A stretch of 64,000 bases of DNA from the human T2T-CHM13v2.0 reference genome, Homo sapiens: the NCBI RefSeq assembly GCF_009914755.1, contig NC_060938.1, one strand, 5' to 3'. This document shows, piece after piece, positions 14,998 through 31,017 of this stretch. Below the pieces are notes generated by a model. The model was given only the letters and a program-made list of their open reading frames with translations, made no database searches and was not told the origin of the DNA. Positions within the stretch are counted from its first letter, which is position 1; every line of letters begins with the position of its first letter. Both the position numbers and the translations under genes were made by a program.

Positions 14998-15330
14998 CTT
15001 TTTCCCTCTCCTTTTCCCTCCTTCCTGTTTTCCTCCCTCCCTCCTTCTTTTCTTTCTTCTTCTCTCCCTCCCTCTTTCCTTTCTTCCTTCTTTCCTCTCT
15101 CTCTCCCTCCTTCCCCTCTTCCTTCTTTCCTCCCTCCCTCCCTCCTTCCCCTCTTCCTTCTTTCCTCCCTCCCTCCTTCCCCTCTTCCTTCTTTCCTCCC
15201 TCCTTCCTCTCTTCCTTCTTTCCTCCCTTTTCCTTCTTTCCTCCCTCCCTCCATCCCCTCTTCCTTCTTTCCTCCCTCCCTCCCTCCTTCCCCTCTTCCT
15301 TCTTTCCTCTCTCTCTCCCTCCCTCCTTTA
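14998..15330 (+). repeat. CT-rich polypyrimidine tandem repeat
   Basis: Repeated ccctccttcccctcttccttctttcct units. Confidence 0.9.
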
Positions 15331-16109
15331 CTTACTGTGCAGTATGTACTGTGTACCATCTGTTTTGTACCAATCAGTGTGCTGGGGGCCACTGAGATGA
15401 GTAACTCAGCATTTCTGCCCTTGAGGGGTTCACCATCATGGCAACAGCCAGCTTTGGTCGGCTCCTTCTGCAAACACTGACCCTCCCAGCCCAAGCCACC
15501 CTGCCTTCTGAGAATCGAAAGCCAGGTAAATTCAGTAGGCACTAGTCATGTGGGAGAGGGGTGGTGGATGAAGGCACGGCTTTGCTTCCTTTGTAAAAGC
15601 TCTGTGAGTCCTTATGGGTGCCTCTCAGAGGGTGCCTTGGAATTGCCACCCTGCCTGCAGCAGCAGCCACCACCATGGGTCTCTCTTACGCTGGATCCTC
15701 CCCATGCACTGCCTTGCTCTCCTCGCCTGTCACTCCTGCTTCCTGAAATCACCTCCCAAATCAACTGCCGGCACCTGAGTCCTTGCTTCAGGCTGTGCTT
15801 AATCTGAACCCAAATTAAGACCACATCTCTGCCCAGTGCTGGGTTTGGCGGGTGTGGGCATGAGCCTGACTGCACCTGCTTTGCCAGCATTGGGTTGAGG
15901 GGCAAGAGGAAAGAAGTAAGGAGCCCAGCTGTGGTCTCCAGGCAAAACTGTGACCTTTGCAACTTCAGTAATGAAACTGGTTTTAAAAAATCTCCATCTG
16001 CCTGGTTCTTGCATCTACTTCTCAATGTTTCTTAAGGAAAGAAGAGCTGTGACTTAGAATTTCCTCAAACCCCCATATTTATACAAATGTATATTGACTA
16101 GCCTGTTAC

Positions 16110-20350
<4,241 letters not shown>

Positions 20351-20829
20351 CCCTGACTCTGTTCAGCTCCCCACTCTTATCTGGCCTTTCTTGTTCTGTA
20401 GTCTCAGTTGTTCCTTATGACTCAGCTTTTATTATTTCCTTCCAGCAGTTTCTTTTCAGTATAGGCCCCAGTCCTGCGCTCGTTCTAATACACCACACTA
20501 GACAGCTGGAGGTGGATGGAGCACTAACTTTCAGGTCTTCTTAAGAGTTTCATGGAGTTGTTTATGCAGGTGAGATACTGCATGTGACTGACAAAGAATA
20601 AATTGAAGGCCACTGCATCACTCTATGTGACACTTCTCAAATGAGAAATGATAAGAAGACAGCTAACTCACCATAGGGAGGCATGTTCGGCCTAGATATA
20701 GGGCTGGCCAGAGTCTGACTTGTGACCTGATAGGAAATTGAGGTGTTCAAGTATTTGCCTTTGGATGAGTGTCTGTTCTGAAGTCTGGACGTATCAGATT
20801 TAAACGGTTTTGGGTTTTCTGTTGACAGG

Positions 20830-21190
20830 GGTATGCAGTGGTTTGAATGTTTTATGTCACCCCACATTTCTATGTTAGAATCCTTACTTCTAAACTGATG
20901 GTATTAGGAGGTGGGGCCTTTGGGAGGTGATTAGATTGTGGGAACAGAGCTCTCATGAATAGGACTGGTTCACTGATGAAGGTGCCTCTTCTTTGCCCCT
21001 TCTGCCACATGAGGTTAGAGTGAAAAAACAGCTGTCTATAAGGAAGTAATCAGTCACCAGACATGAATCTGTTGCACCTTGATTTTGGACTTCCCAGCCT
21101 CCAGTACTGTAGGAAATAAATTTCTATTGTTTAATAAGCCACCCCGTCGATGGTATTGTGTTACAGTAGGCTGAACTGCTTGAGACAGGG
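20830..21190 (+). mobile_element. MLT1A/MSTD-like LTR
   Basis: ggtattaggaggtggggcctttgggaggtgattag...ggacttcccagcctccag...aaataaatttct. Confidence 0.75.
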
Positions 21191-22276
21191 TGAAAGTGCA
21201 TTGTGACTCTAAAATGTTTGCCAAACTGATTATGGCGTTATGATTATGTGTGAGGCTATGGCTTAATTCATTTGTTGGGCAAATATTGGATGAGCATCTG
21301 CTATGGGCCAGGTCTTGTGCAAGGGGCTGAGGATACAGTGGCAGACAAGGCAGTCTCTGCTTACAGAAATTCCAGTCCTATTCCTCTGTTCATGTAATGA
21401 AACTTCACGCACATCAGCAAAATATTTATAAGTCTGTGAAGTCACAGATTTGCTGTTGAGAACAATAGCTCAGTGAAAAGTTTAACCTTGTTGGAGTAGA
21501 ATCCTGACAGGAGGATGTTTGCATTTCTGCCTTTTAAAATGCTGCCACACATACCCAAAAAAAACAAACCAAACAGAATATGGCATTCACATCTCTGTTT
21601 CTGGTTTTAATTTTCTCCTTTGAGGCCCAAATCAGATTTGAGTTTCTAAAGCAGTTTATTGTGGTGGAAACGGAGCTGGGATTTTATATAGCATGGAACT
21701 CTCCCATTTGAAGCCCTTGTCTTGAATGGGTATTACCTTCTGCTTTCAAGCAGATGTGTCTATGATCTCCAAACTGGCCCATCACTGAGGCCTGACTTTA
21801 TCATGAAATGTGATAAGTGAGGCCAAAGGGTCACCTTTATTGTTCAAGAGAATGCTAAAACTTCACAAGAAAAACGTTTACTATCTGATAACTTGTTGGC
21901 AGGATTTACAGCCACTGGGGAAGATGAGAGTGTCCTCAAAGCCTAGCATCGTGGTTTCTATCAAATGGTAAAGCAAGAGACTCCTAAATAGGATTTGTTT
22001 ATCAACCTGTGTTCTCTGAGTGGTTTATCTCCCCCTGAGTCTATTTCATTCACCAAGCATTTTTTCAGCGCCATCTTTGTGCAGGTACCATGCTGCATTC
22101 TACCGAGCTGAGACAGTCCCAGCGTTTAAAAGCAAGCTGCAGGGAAAGAGAAAACCAACACTTACTGGCCACTTTCTATGGGCCTGGCATGTGGCTAGAT
22201 GCCTCCATACACAGGGCTTCATCGCAACCCCAGGAAGAATCACAAGGGAGGAACTGGAGGTTCAGAGAAGTTGACT

Positions 22277-22336
22277 GAGGTCAAATGTGAAGTCAGGAGG
22301 TCAAACGTGAAGTCATGAGGTCAAACATGAAGTCAG
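22277..22336 (+). repeat. 3 x 20-bp tandem repeat GAGGTCAAAYRTGAAGTCAK
   Basis: Units at 22277, 22297 and 22317, within a MIR-like context. Confidence 0.9.
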
Positions 22337-25300
22337 GCCCAGGTCTGTCTGAATCCATAGCTTCTACCTAGAAAAAACCTGGGTTGGGGGTAGTTGCGCG
22401 GAGCAGCACAAGCCTCTTCTTAAGTTTCAGCATAAAAATGTTGGGGGCAAATGAAAATCTCATAGCAGATAATTTGTCTCTGGCTTGGAGGAGTCTGAAA
22501 AATCCAGTAGTCTTTATATGATTAAAATATGCATGCGCACGCACACACACACACGTATTTCCTGACACTACTATATACATTCTGGCATTTTCTGTGAAGT
22601 TGTCCAGAAACAATGAGGCCACCAGTAATTATGACATGTCTCAATTCCTCTATTCATTATATAACCCAAAGAAGCACATTAACATGTGGCAAAGTCATGA
22701 TTGCATAAAAACTTTCTATAGTCAAGATGCCACTCATCCAGTGGATCTCAGGTGTCACCTCCTCCGAGAAGCCTGTGCTGACCTCCTGCTCCTGGCATGG
22801 TGCTTGCATGGCCCCAGCACCTCTGCCACAGCCCAGCATCCTTTGCAGCAGCTGTCTACTTGTTGGTGCTAGCCCTCATGAAGCCAACAGTCTTTGGATG
22901 GGAGACAGAAGGTCAATGAAATAATGGACTTGAAAGAGCTTTGTGAAGGGTAAATGCGATGTGATTGCCAGTCATTATGCAAGAGACAGAATGGAGTGGG
23001 GCGTGAAGGGCAAAGGGCAGGGCATGGTCTGCAGAAGGAGGGCCCCTGATGGTGACTTTGGAGGAGCCCTTGGTTTGGGGAGTCCTCCAGGCTCAAAGAT
23101 GGGGTGGGCCCAGGGTGAGCCATGCGCAAGGTCAGTGTGCTCAAACGATCTCCAGGTCTATCAGTTTTTTCCTGCGGGAGTGATCCTTGCAGTGGATGCT
23201 TCTGAAAGCTCATGGGTGGGCATAGGTGGGAGCAGGTGCACCCTTAGCTCCATTGATTTGTTTCCACTGTGAGTCTGGCTGCATCGGAATCACCTTGGCC
23301 CTTCCTCAGTTTCCTGCAAAGCAGAGGCCGTCCAGTGTGCACTAGAAGGAGTGCTCAAGAAAGAATCTGGTGACGGGCAGAGCCAGCCTGGGAGGTCTGT
23401 TACTCTGGAGGCTCCCATGCAGACCTGCTGGGGAGGCTGAGACCGGGAGCCCACCTGCAGACACAGAGAAAAGCAGAGGGAGGCGCCTTTCTTCTCAAAG
23501 TTTTTAAGACCATTCACAAGTCTGTCCTGTTTTTTTAAAAAACTCAACCAGGAGTACCAGGCTGCTTCCTTGTCCCCAAATCGTGTGGCCACTCCTCAGG
23601 CCTTGTCCTGCAAGGCCCTTGTCTTACTCTGTGACAGTCACTCCATGAAAACTTTGGCTTACAGGAGCCCCCCTCTCCAGCTTGTCCTCCAACTCTGCTA
23701 AGGCCTTCTGCATTCTGTCTTATTTAATGCTCACTCACAAAAAGCCCATGAGGCAGATGCTCTTGATGTAACCCCCATCATGTAGATGGGGTCCTGAGGC
23801 ACAGCAAGGTTAATTAACTTGTCACCGGTCACACAGCATGTGACTGGTGCTACAGTCTGATTCCAGGCAGTCTGGCTCCCGGCTCTTAACCACTGCGTGT
23901 ACTGCCGCTCACATCAGGCATATTCAAGAGCATAATTACACAAAAGGTGGGGGAGGCACAAGGCTAGGCGGGCGGCCAGCCATGTGATTGTTGGGTGCTC
24001 TCTGAGAAGGGCCAGCCAGGCGGGCCTCTGGGACAAGGGGACAGGAGGCATTCCTGAGCCAGGGTGGTGTAGGTACAGCTGAGCTGGGGCAGAGGGCCCA
24101 GGCTGCAAGTTTTCTGTTCTTCCTGACATCTGCTGGGCTCTCAGCACCGGACCTGGGTGTGGCCACTCACCCTCTGGGCAGCACCCTGGAGCTTCATGAG
24201 GCTTAACGCTTCAGAGGGGCCTTCCCCTGTCTCACTTCTCTCAACTCACTTTGCCAATAAATAACTGGAGACTCCAAAGAATGAGGAGTTCACCCTGGCG
24301 TTCAGTATTCTCTTCCTCTCCAGGCCTGTCTTTCTCCAGAGGACTTCAGGAGACATGTGCACGACCCAGCCCTTGGCTCCCAGGGCCCCACCACTCCACT
24401 TTGGCCACCACTCCCTGCACACCTGAGACTATCATCATATGGAAGATCACCAGTGCCCCTCCCTGAGCAGCCTCCTGCCCATCTGCACCGCCAGTATCTG
24501 GATCCCCCATTTTCTTCCATCAGCCCCACCCTCCTTCCTTGGAGTCTCCTATCCCCCATCCTCAATGTCTTTTTCCTTTGCCTTCTTCCTACATTTCTGT
24601 AAACACCCAGCCCTCTACCCGCTTTATTTCTTGCCTGGCCGCCAAGGGCAACTGATGCCACCAAAAACTTGTGGTCTCTACCCACCAGGGCCCTCCATGC
24701 CTTGGTGAGTGTTGGACTGATTCTGGGCCATTCTCTGCATTTCATCCTTCATCAGCGTGTTCAAGCCTCCATTAAACCACAAACACCTCCTTCTCTTCCA
24801 GCCTCTCCACTCTCAGGAGAAGACTTGACACCCAATTCATAGAAGGAACTGCAGGGCTCCTGCGTGTCACTCACACCTGACCTCCGCACACCTGCAGCCC
24901 ACGTCCAACCATGGCCACTTGTTCCCCTCCCACCTGTCTCAGCAGAAAAAAGCATCCGTCCTCTAAGTTGGTACCAATCCTGCCCTCTGCACTCCTCATC
25001 TGTCCCTCCTCCCCACTTGGAAGGTCTCTCCATGGACCCCTGCCCATTCTTCCGGAAGATGAAGATGGCACCATTGTCTCTGAGTTGTATGGAATATAAG
25101 CTGTGTATCTTGAACTCTTCCTTCTCCACTGGCCCAGGTCTGGGCAACTGGGGGCCAGAGTGAGGAAGGGGCAAGAAAGACCCCGACGCATAGAGGCTGG
25201 ACAGCTGCATCTGTGTGTGTTTTTGCTTCCCAGTTCCTTTGGGGAACTCACATCTGCCAAACCCTGGGCTTTATTGCTGGGGTGTAAGTTCATGTACCTC

Positions 25301-26257
25301 CCTTTCCCTACAGAAGCCTAAGAGCACCCAGGAGCTTCTTGGGCCAGATCCTCCCTTCACCACCAAGCCCAGGCAAATAGTTGATGCACAGTCTCAGGGA
25401 GACCAGTTGGCTCCACTCTTCTGACCCAGGGACAGGAACCGGGTTAGAATTCGTCTATTCCACCTCCACTGCCCAGGGAGACTGTCGAGAAGCTCATGCT
25501 CTCAGACTTTCCAGAACAGCCAGCACCTATCTATTCCCAGCCAGACAGTTTAGCTGCCAGGCTTCCAATAAATTCCCTCTTGCTTGTGTCAGGCAGAGTT
25601 GGTTTCTGTTGCTGGCAGCCAGCATGCCTACCTGAGGCAGAGAAGGCGTGGCCATTGTGTCTCAGCTGCGAGGAATATAACCCCCATCCAACTAACTCAA
25701 GTCAAGAGAGGTTATTGAAGGAGGAAAGGAATCTCCCAGAAAGGAGGCGTGGGAAGGACAGCACGGCCTTGTGGGAACTAGAACAACATCGAGACGCATT
25801 TTCCAGAGGCCACCTGGATGCTCATCTGCCCCTTCCTGGTGGCTCCATCCCCCCGCACCCCTCAACTGACCACAGACCGGCTTTCCCAGCCTACTCACAG
25901 TCCCAGCCTCCCTCCCTGCTGGCTCTGACACAACTCTACTGTCCACTGTCTTCATGTCACTTAGCTGAGATTCTCAAGAAAGAAAGAGTCCAAAAGGCTC
26001 TGATAGGTATTGAATCCCTCAGCCCCTTTCAGGGCTTATGGAAGAAGATTCCATATGGAAGCTTCCCGGACAGCTGAGTCAGGAGGCAGAGGTGAGCCTG
26101 GCAGGCAACTGAACGGACTCTTCCACTAGACACTTACTAAAATGAGCGGGTTAAAGCCGGCCTAGGGAGGTGATGGTGACAGTTCTGAGCAGGGTGCACA
26201 GAACACAGATTTGAGGCCTCCTTGCCAGAACACAGATAGGATGCCCAGGTAAGCATT

Positions 26258-26582
26258 TCTTTTGTTGTTGTTGTTGTTGAGATGAAGTCTCACTCTGTCA
26301 CCCAGGGTGGAACACAGCGGTGCGATCTCGGTTCACTGCAACCTCTGCCTTCCTGATTTCGAGCGATTCTCCTGCCTCAGCCTCCCAAGTAGCTGGGATT
26401 ACAGGCACATGTCACTATGTCCGGCTAATTTTTGTATTTTTTTCTTTTTTTTTTAGTAGAGATAGGGTTTTGCCATGTTGGTCAGGCTGGTCTTGAACTC
26501 CTGCCCTCAGGTGATCTGCCTGTCTTAGCCTCCCGAAGTGCTGGGATTACTGGGATTACAGGCTTGAGCCACCATGCTAGGC
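26258..26582 (-). mobile_element. AluS
   Basis: Antisense dimer, TSD cccaggtaagcatttct. Confidence 0.9.
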
Positions 26583-26929
26583 CCCAGGTAAGCATTTCTG
26601 AAAAGCCCCCCACCCTGGGAGCTACTCCAAACACTCCCCAAACAAGCCCCTCCCTGCGCCTGCTCTTAGGCACAGAATCCTCCGTCCTTCAAAGGGTTCT
26701 GGGCGCCCTGGGGCTGCTCCCTCCTGTGAGGCTTCACTCTTTGATCCCCCTTCCTGTCTACCAGCCCTCCTGGACTGAGCAGGACTTTCTCACTGTGGAT
26801 GACAGAATCTTAACTCAAACTGGTTAAAGTGAAAAAGGGAATTTATTGACTTATGTAACTGAGAAGTCCGTGAGTGGAGCTGGCTTAAGGACGGAAATAA
26901 TGTCATCAGACCTCTTCTCTTTCTTGCTC

Positions 26930-27167
26930 TCTCTCTCTTCTCTTTCTCTCTGTCTCTCTCTCTTCTCTTTCTCTCTGTCTCTCTCTCTTCTCTTTCTCTC
27001 TGTCTCTCTCTCTCTCCCTGCTCCCCACTGCACACACACACCCTCTGCTCCCCTCTGCACACACACACCCTCTGCTCCCCTCTGCACACACACCCCCTCT
27101 GCTCCCCTCTGCACACACACCCCCTCTGCTCCCCTCTGCACACACACACCCTCTGCTCCCCTCTGCA
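26930..27167 (+). repeat. Compound VNTR: 25-bp CT unit x3, then 27-bp unit cctctgctcccctctgcacacacacac x~5.5, inside an old MLT1-like LTR (~26787-27470)
   Basis: Direct inspection; produces 9-aa periodic ORFs (PSAPLCTHT). Confidence 0.9.
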
Positions 27168-27986
27168 TGTGGGCCCAGCTTTTCCTACTGTAGATGAGTT
27201 CCTCCGCGCAGTAGGAGAAAGGGCCACAGCTGCAGGAGCTTCAGGTGTATGTCATCCCAACTTAGTCTCAGGCTAAGCTTACGTCTTCTTTCTCCAACCT
27301 CCATAGGTAGAATCCCAGCTTGGGACTGGTCAATTGGGTCACCTGTGTTTCCTGTATTATTGCCATTACTATGTTCAGGAAGGTGGGAGGTTCTGACTGT
27401 CAAGGCCTGGGTCACATGCCCCTTCCTTTGCCCAGGGACTGATTGGCAGCTGTACTAGAATCACATGCACAGAGGATAAGTCAGCAGGAGGAAGGACGAT
27501 CCTATTTCAAGATGTAGGAAGGGATGTTGGACAAATAGAAACAGCAGATGACCTCCGCACCACTTCGTTTGGGGGCGTAGGTTGGCAGGACTCCTGGATC
27601 GTTCAGAGAGATTTCTTCCCCATCTCATCTTTCTATGCTATCTGTACTCTCTCCGGCTGGTACCCTTTCTGTCTTATTGTCTGGCGAGTGTTCCAGCATA
27701 CTGTCTGCCTTTGTGAAAGGTCACAGAGTATAAATACATGCATAAACATAAAGCAGGCATTGCTCATTGGATTTCTCGTTTGGGGTCCACACTGCCTCCT
27801 TCTAGCCTGGGCTGGGAATGCATGTATCTTCCCACTTTTGTATTCCTTTTTCTGAAGGTTGTTGGGTTTCAGATTCTATTAATATTAATTCAGCATCTTC
27901 TGGGTGTCCAGTACTTTCACATCCATTATCTCCCTTAAGCCCTGGATTACGGTTGGGGAGCCCAAGGCTGAAAGAGGTGAACACCT

Positions 27987-28400
27987 GTTGTCTTAGTTTC
28001 CTAGGCTGCTGTAACAAATGACCACAGACTGGGTAGCTTGAAACAACAGACATTTATTCTTGTATAGTTCAGGAAGCCAGAAGTCCAAAATCAAGGTCTT
28101 AGCGGGGCTGGTTTCTTTGGACGGCCATGAGGGAGAACCCACTCCCTGCCTGTCTCGGAGCTTCTGGTAGTTGCTGGTGATCCTGGCATTTGCAGCTGTA
28201 GCTGCTGACTCCAACCTCTGTCTCCATGGTCACAGGGCCATCTTCTTATGAGAACACCAGGCATATCGGATTAAAAGCTCAACCTCGTTTTAACTGATTA
28301 CATCTGCAATGACCCTATATCCAAATAAGGTTATATTCTGAGTTACTGGGAGTAAAAACTCACTGCGTTGTTTTTGGAGGAAACAATTCAACTCCTAAAA
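27987..28400 (-). mobile_element. MLT1 LTR
   Basis: tgtcttagtttcctaggctgctgtaacaaatgaccacagactggg...acatttattct. Confidence 0.75.
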
Positions 28401-29044
28401 CCCGTTAAGCGGTGAAGCCAGGCCTCAAACCCATGTCCAACTCCAGAGTCCATGCTCTTTCTGCCTGAAGCTGATGATAATGACAGCCAGTGTTTTCAGG
28501 GGACTGTGGTGTATGGGCAATTCCTTACATACTTACTACTTAAAATTCATAACAGCCCTACAAAGTAGGCACTGGGGCCATCATTTTCTAGGTGAGGAAA
28601 TTAGGGCATGCAGAGGTGAAATGCTAAAAGTAACACATCCCCACTTAGGAGCAGAGTTGGGATTTGAGCAGGTTCACCTGACTTCCCCTCCAAGTTGCTC
28701 CTGGCCCTGCCTTGCTGAGCTAGAAGGCCCAATATACACATTGACAAAATGCTATGGGAACCCTGGGTGGGCAGAGACCACTGCTGCCTGCAAAGGTTGG
28801 GATAAGGCTGGTGGAGAGAAAAAACTTAGAAATCCTTCGTGGAGGAAGTGACAGTTTAGCTAGATCCAGGAAGATGAGTCAGATTTAGTGGGGCAGAGAG
28901 GAGAGGGAAGGATGTTTCCAACAAGGCAGAGAGTAGAAGCAAGACGTAAAGCCAGGGAAGTATTTGGGGTACAAAGGTGGTTCTGTCTGGCTTGTCCGTA
29001 GCCCACAGTTTCACGTGGGTGAAAAAGGAAAGAGGCTCACTTGA

Positions 29045-29413
<369 letters not shown>

Positions 29414-30264
29414 GGAAATTTACTTCTAAAGCTGCGTGTCCTTCAAGAGAGGGAGCAATCCTGGGAAGGCAGGGCAAGCCCAAACAAATGAGACCCACCG
29501 AGTGGGGTCCACTCCCTTTCTCCCTCCCACATACCCACAGACACCCCCTATCCCAGCCCAAAAACCAGAGGGTTGAGCTGAGAAACTCTCTGCCTCCAGA
29601 AGGCCCAGCCTTACTTCACTCTGATCCACCCAAGTGAAAAGGTTTCCAATGTGTTTTCCGGTTGCCATGGGTTTGCTTTCTGCGTCAGACATTCAGTCTG
29701 TCAGACATGAAATTGAATAATATTTTTATTTTTAGGCACGGGTCACAGAGTCTTTTCTTTCTGCTGCCGGGTTCGCCCCCGCACTGGAACTCCAGGGAAT
29801 TGGGTCTCTGGAAGCCTGGGCAATGAATAGCTTCAGCAGGAAGCTGGTGGGTGGTGTTCTGTCTGAGCTGGACACTGTGTCCTAGAGCGAGATGACCTCA
29901 CTCCGGCAGGGGTCCCTTTTGTGTCTTGGCAGAGCAGCTGGTTTTGGTCAAGAGCTGGGTGCAAGTTGTGCCCATGTGTCAAGGCTGGCACTGTGGGAGG
30001 GCAGGTTGGTGGAGTGGACCTGCTGTGGGTGGTGGAGGATGTCCAGATGGCCAGTGGCATGTGGCAATGTTGACAAGGAACAGGTGACCACACCAGCAAG
30101 TAGTCAGGATCCACAGAGAGCCATGGGATGCCCAAAGGTAGTTTGCTGGCATTAAGTGGAGGCAGGAATGAGCTCTCGTAGTTCTAGTTAAAGGGGGAAA
30201 TTTAGAAATAGGACCCTCATATTAGGGGCCAGTTCCAAGAACAAAGCAAAACCCCAGGCTTAGA

Positions 30265-30485
30265 GCAGGATGCCTCAATCTTGGTACAACTGGCACTTGG
30301 GGCTGGATAGTTTTTTGTCATCGGAGACAGTCCTATGTGTTGTAGGACATTTAGCAGCATTCCTGGCCTTCACACACTAGATGCTAGTAACACCCCCTCC
30401 CCAGTTGTAACAACTAAAAATATCTCTAGACATCACCAAATGTCCATAGAGCAGGGAGGCAAAATTGTCTCCTGTTGAGGCTGAG
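30265..30485. mobile_element. MER20
   Basis: ttggggctggata...tgtaggacatttagcagcattcctggcc...actaaaaatatctctagacat. Confidence 0.7.
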
Positions 30486-30649
30486 AGGGATCTGGAAAAT
30501 GAACACGTTTGGGATTTGGGAGGCAGACTCAGGAGCAAGGGAGTAAACAAAGATCTAGTTAGTGGAATAAATGGTGACTCCTTGGCTTGCCCCACATTGG
30601 TTAGGATCTTGGGTGGCAAGCGGCGAATGTCAGTTTTTGCTAACATTCC

Positions 30650-31017
30650 TGCTGTGGTTTGAATGTGTCCCCAGAAGTTCACAGGCTAGAAACTTAGTCC
30701 TCAATGCAATGGTGTTGAGAGGTGAGACCTTTAAGAGGTGATTAAGTCATGAGGGCTCTGTCCTCATGAATGAATTAACACCATTATTGTGGGACTGGTT
30801 TCTTTATAAAGAATGAGTTTGGCCTACTTCCCTCTCTCTCTTACCATGTGATGCCTTCTGCCATGTGGTGCCACAGCAAGAAGGCGCTCACCAGATGCCA
30901 GCACCTTGTTCTTGGACTTCCCATCCTCCAGAACCATAAGCCAATACATTTCTGTTCATTATAAATTACCCAGTCTCAGGTATTCTGTTATAGCAGCACA
31001 ACAATGAACTAAGATAA
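30650..31017 (+). mobile_element. MSTD/MLT1A-like LTR
   Basis: tgctgtggtttgaatgtgtcccc...ataaattacccagtctcaggtattctgttatagcagca. Confidence 0.8.

Noticed and set aside
14805-15542. 196-aa and 207-aa ORFs
   Set aside because: Derived from the CT-rich low-complexity tract.
24139-24158. RE1/REST-like CTCAGCACCGGAC
   Set aside because: Spacer missing and right half-site poor.
26990-27170. CRISPR-like periodic array
   Set aside because: Head-to-tail tandem units with no unique spacers, eukaryotic context, no cas genes.
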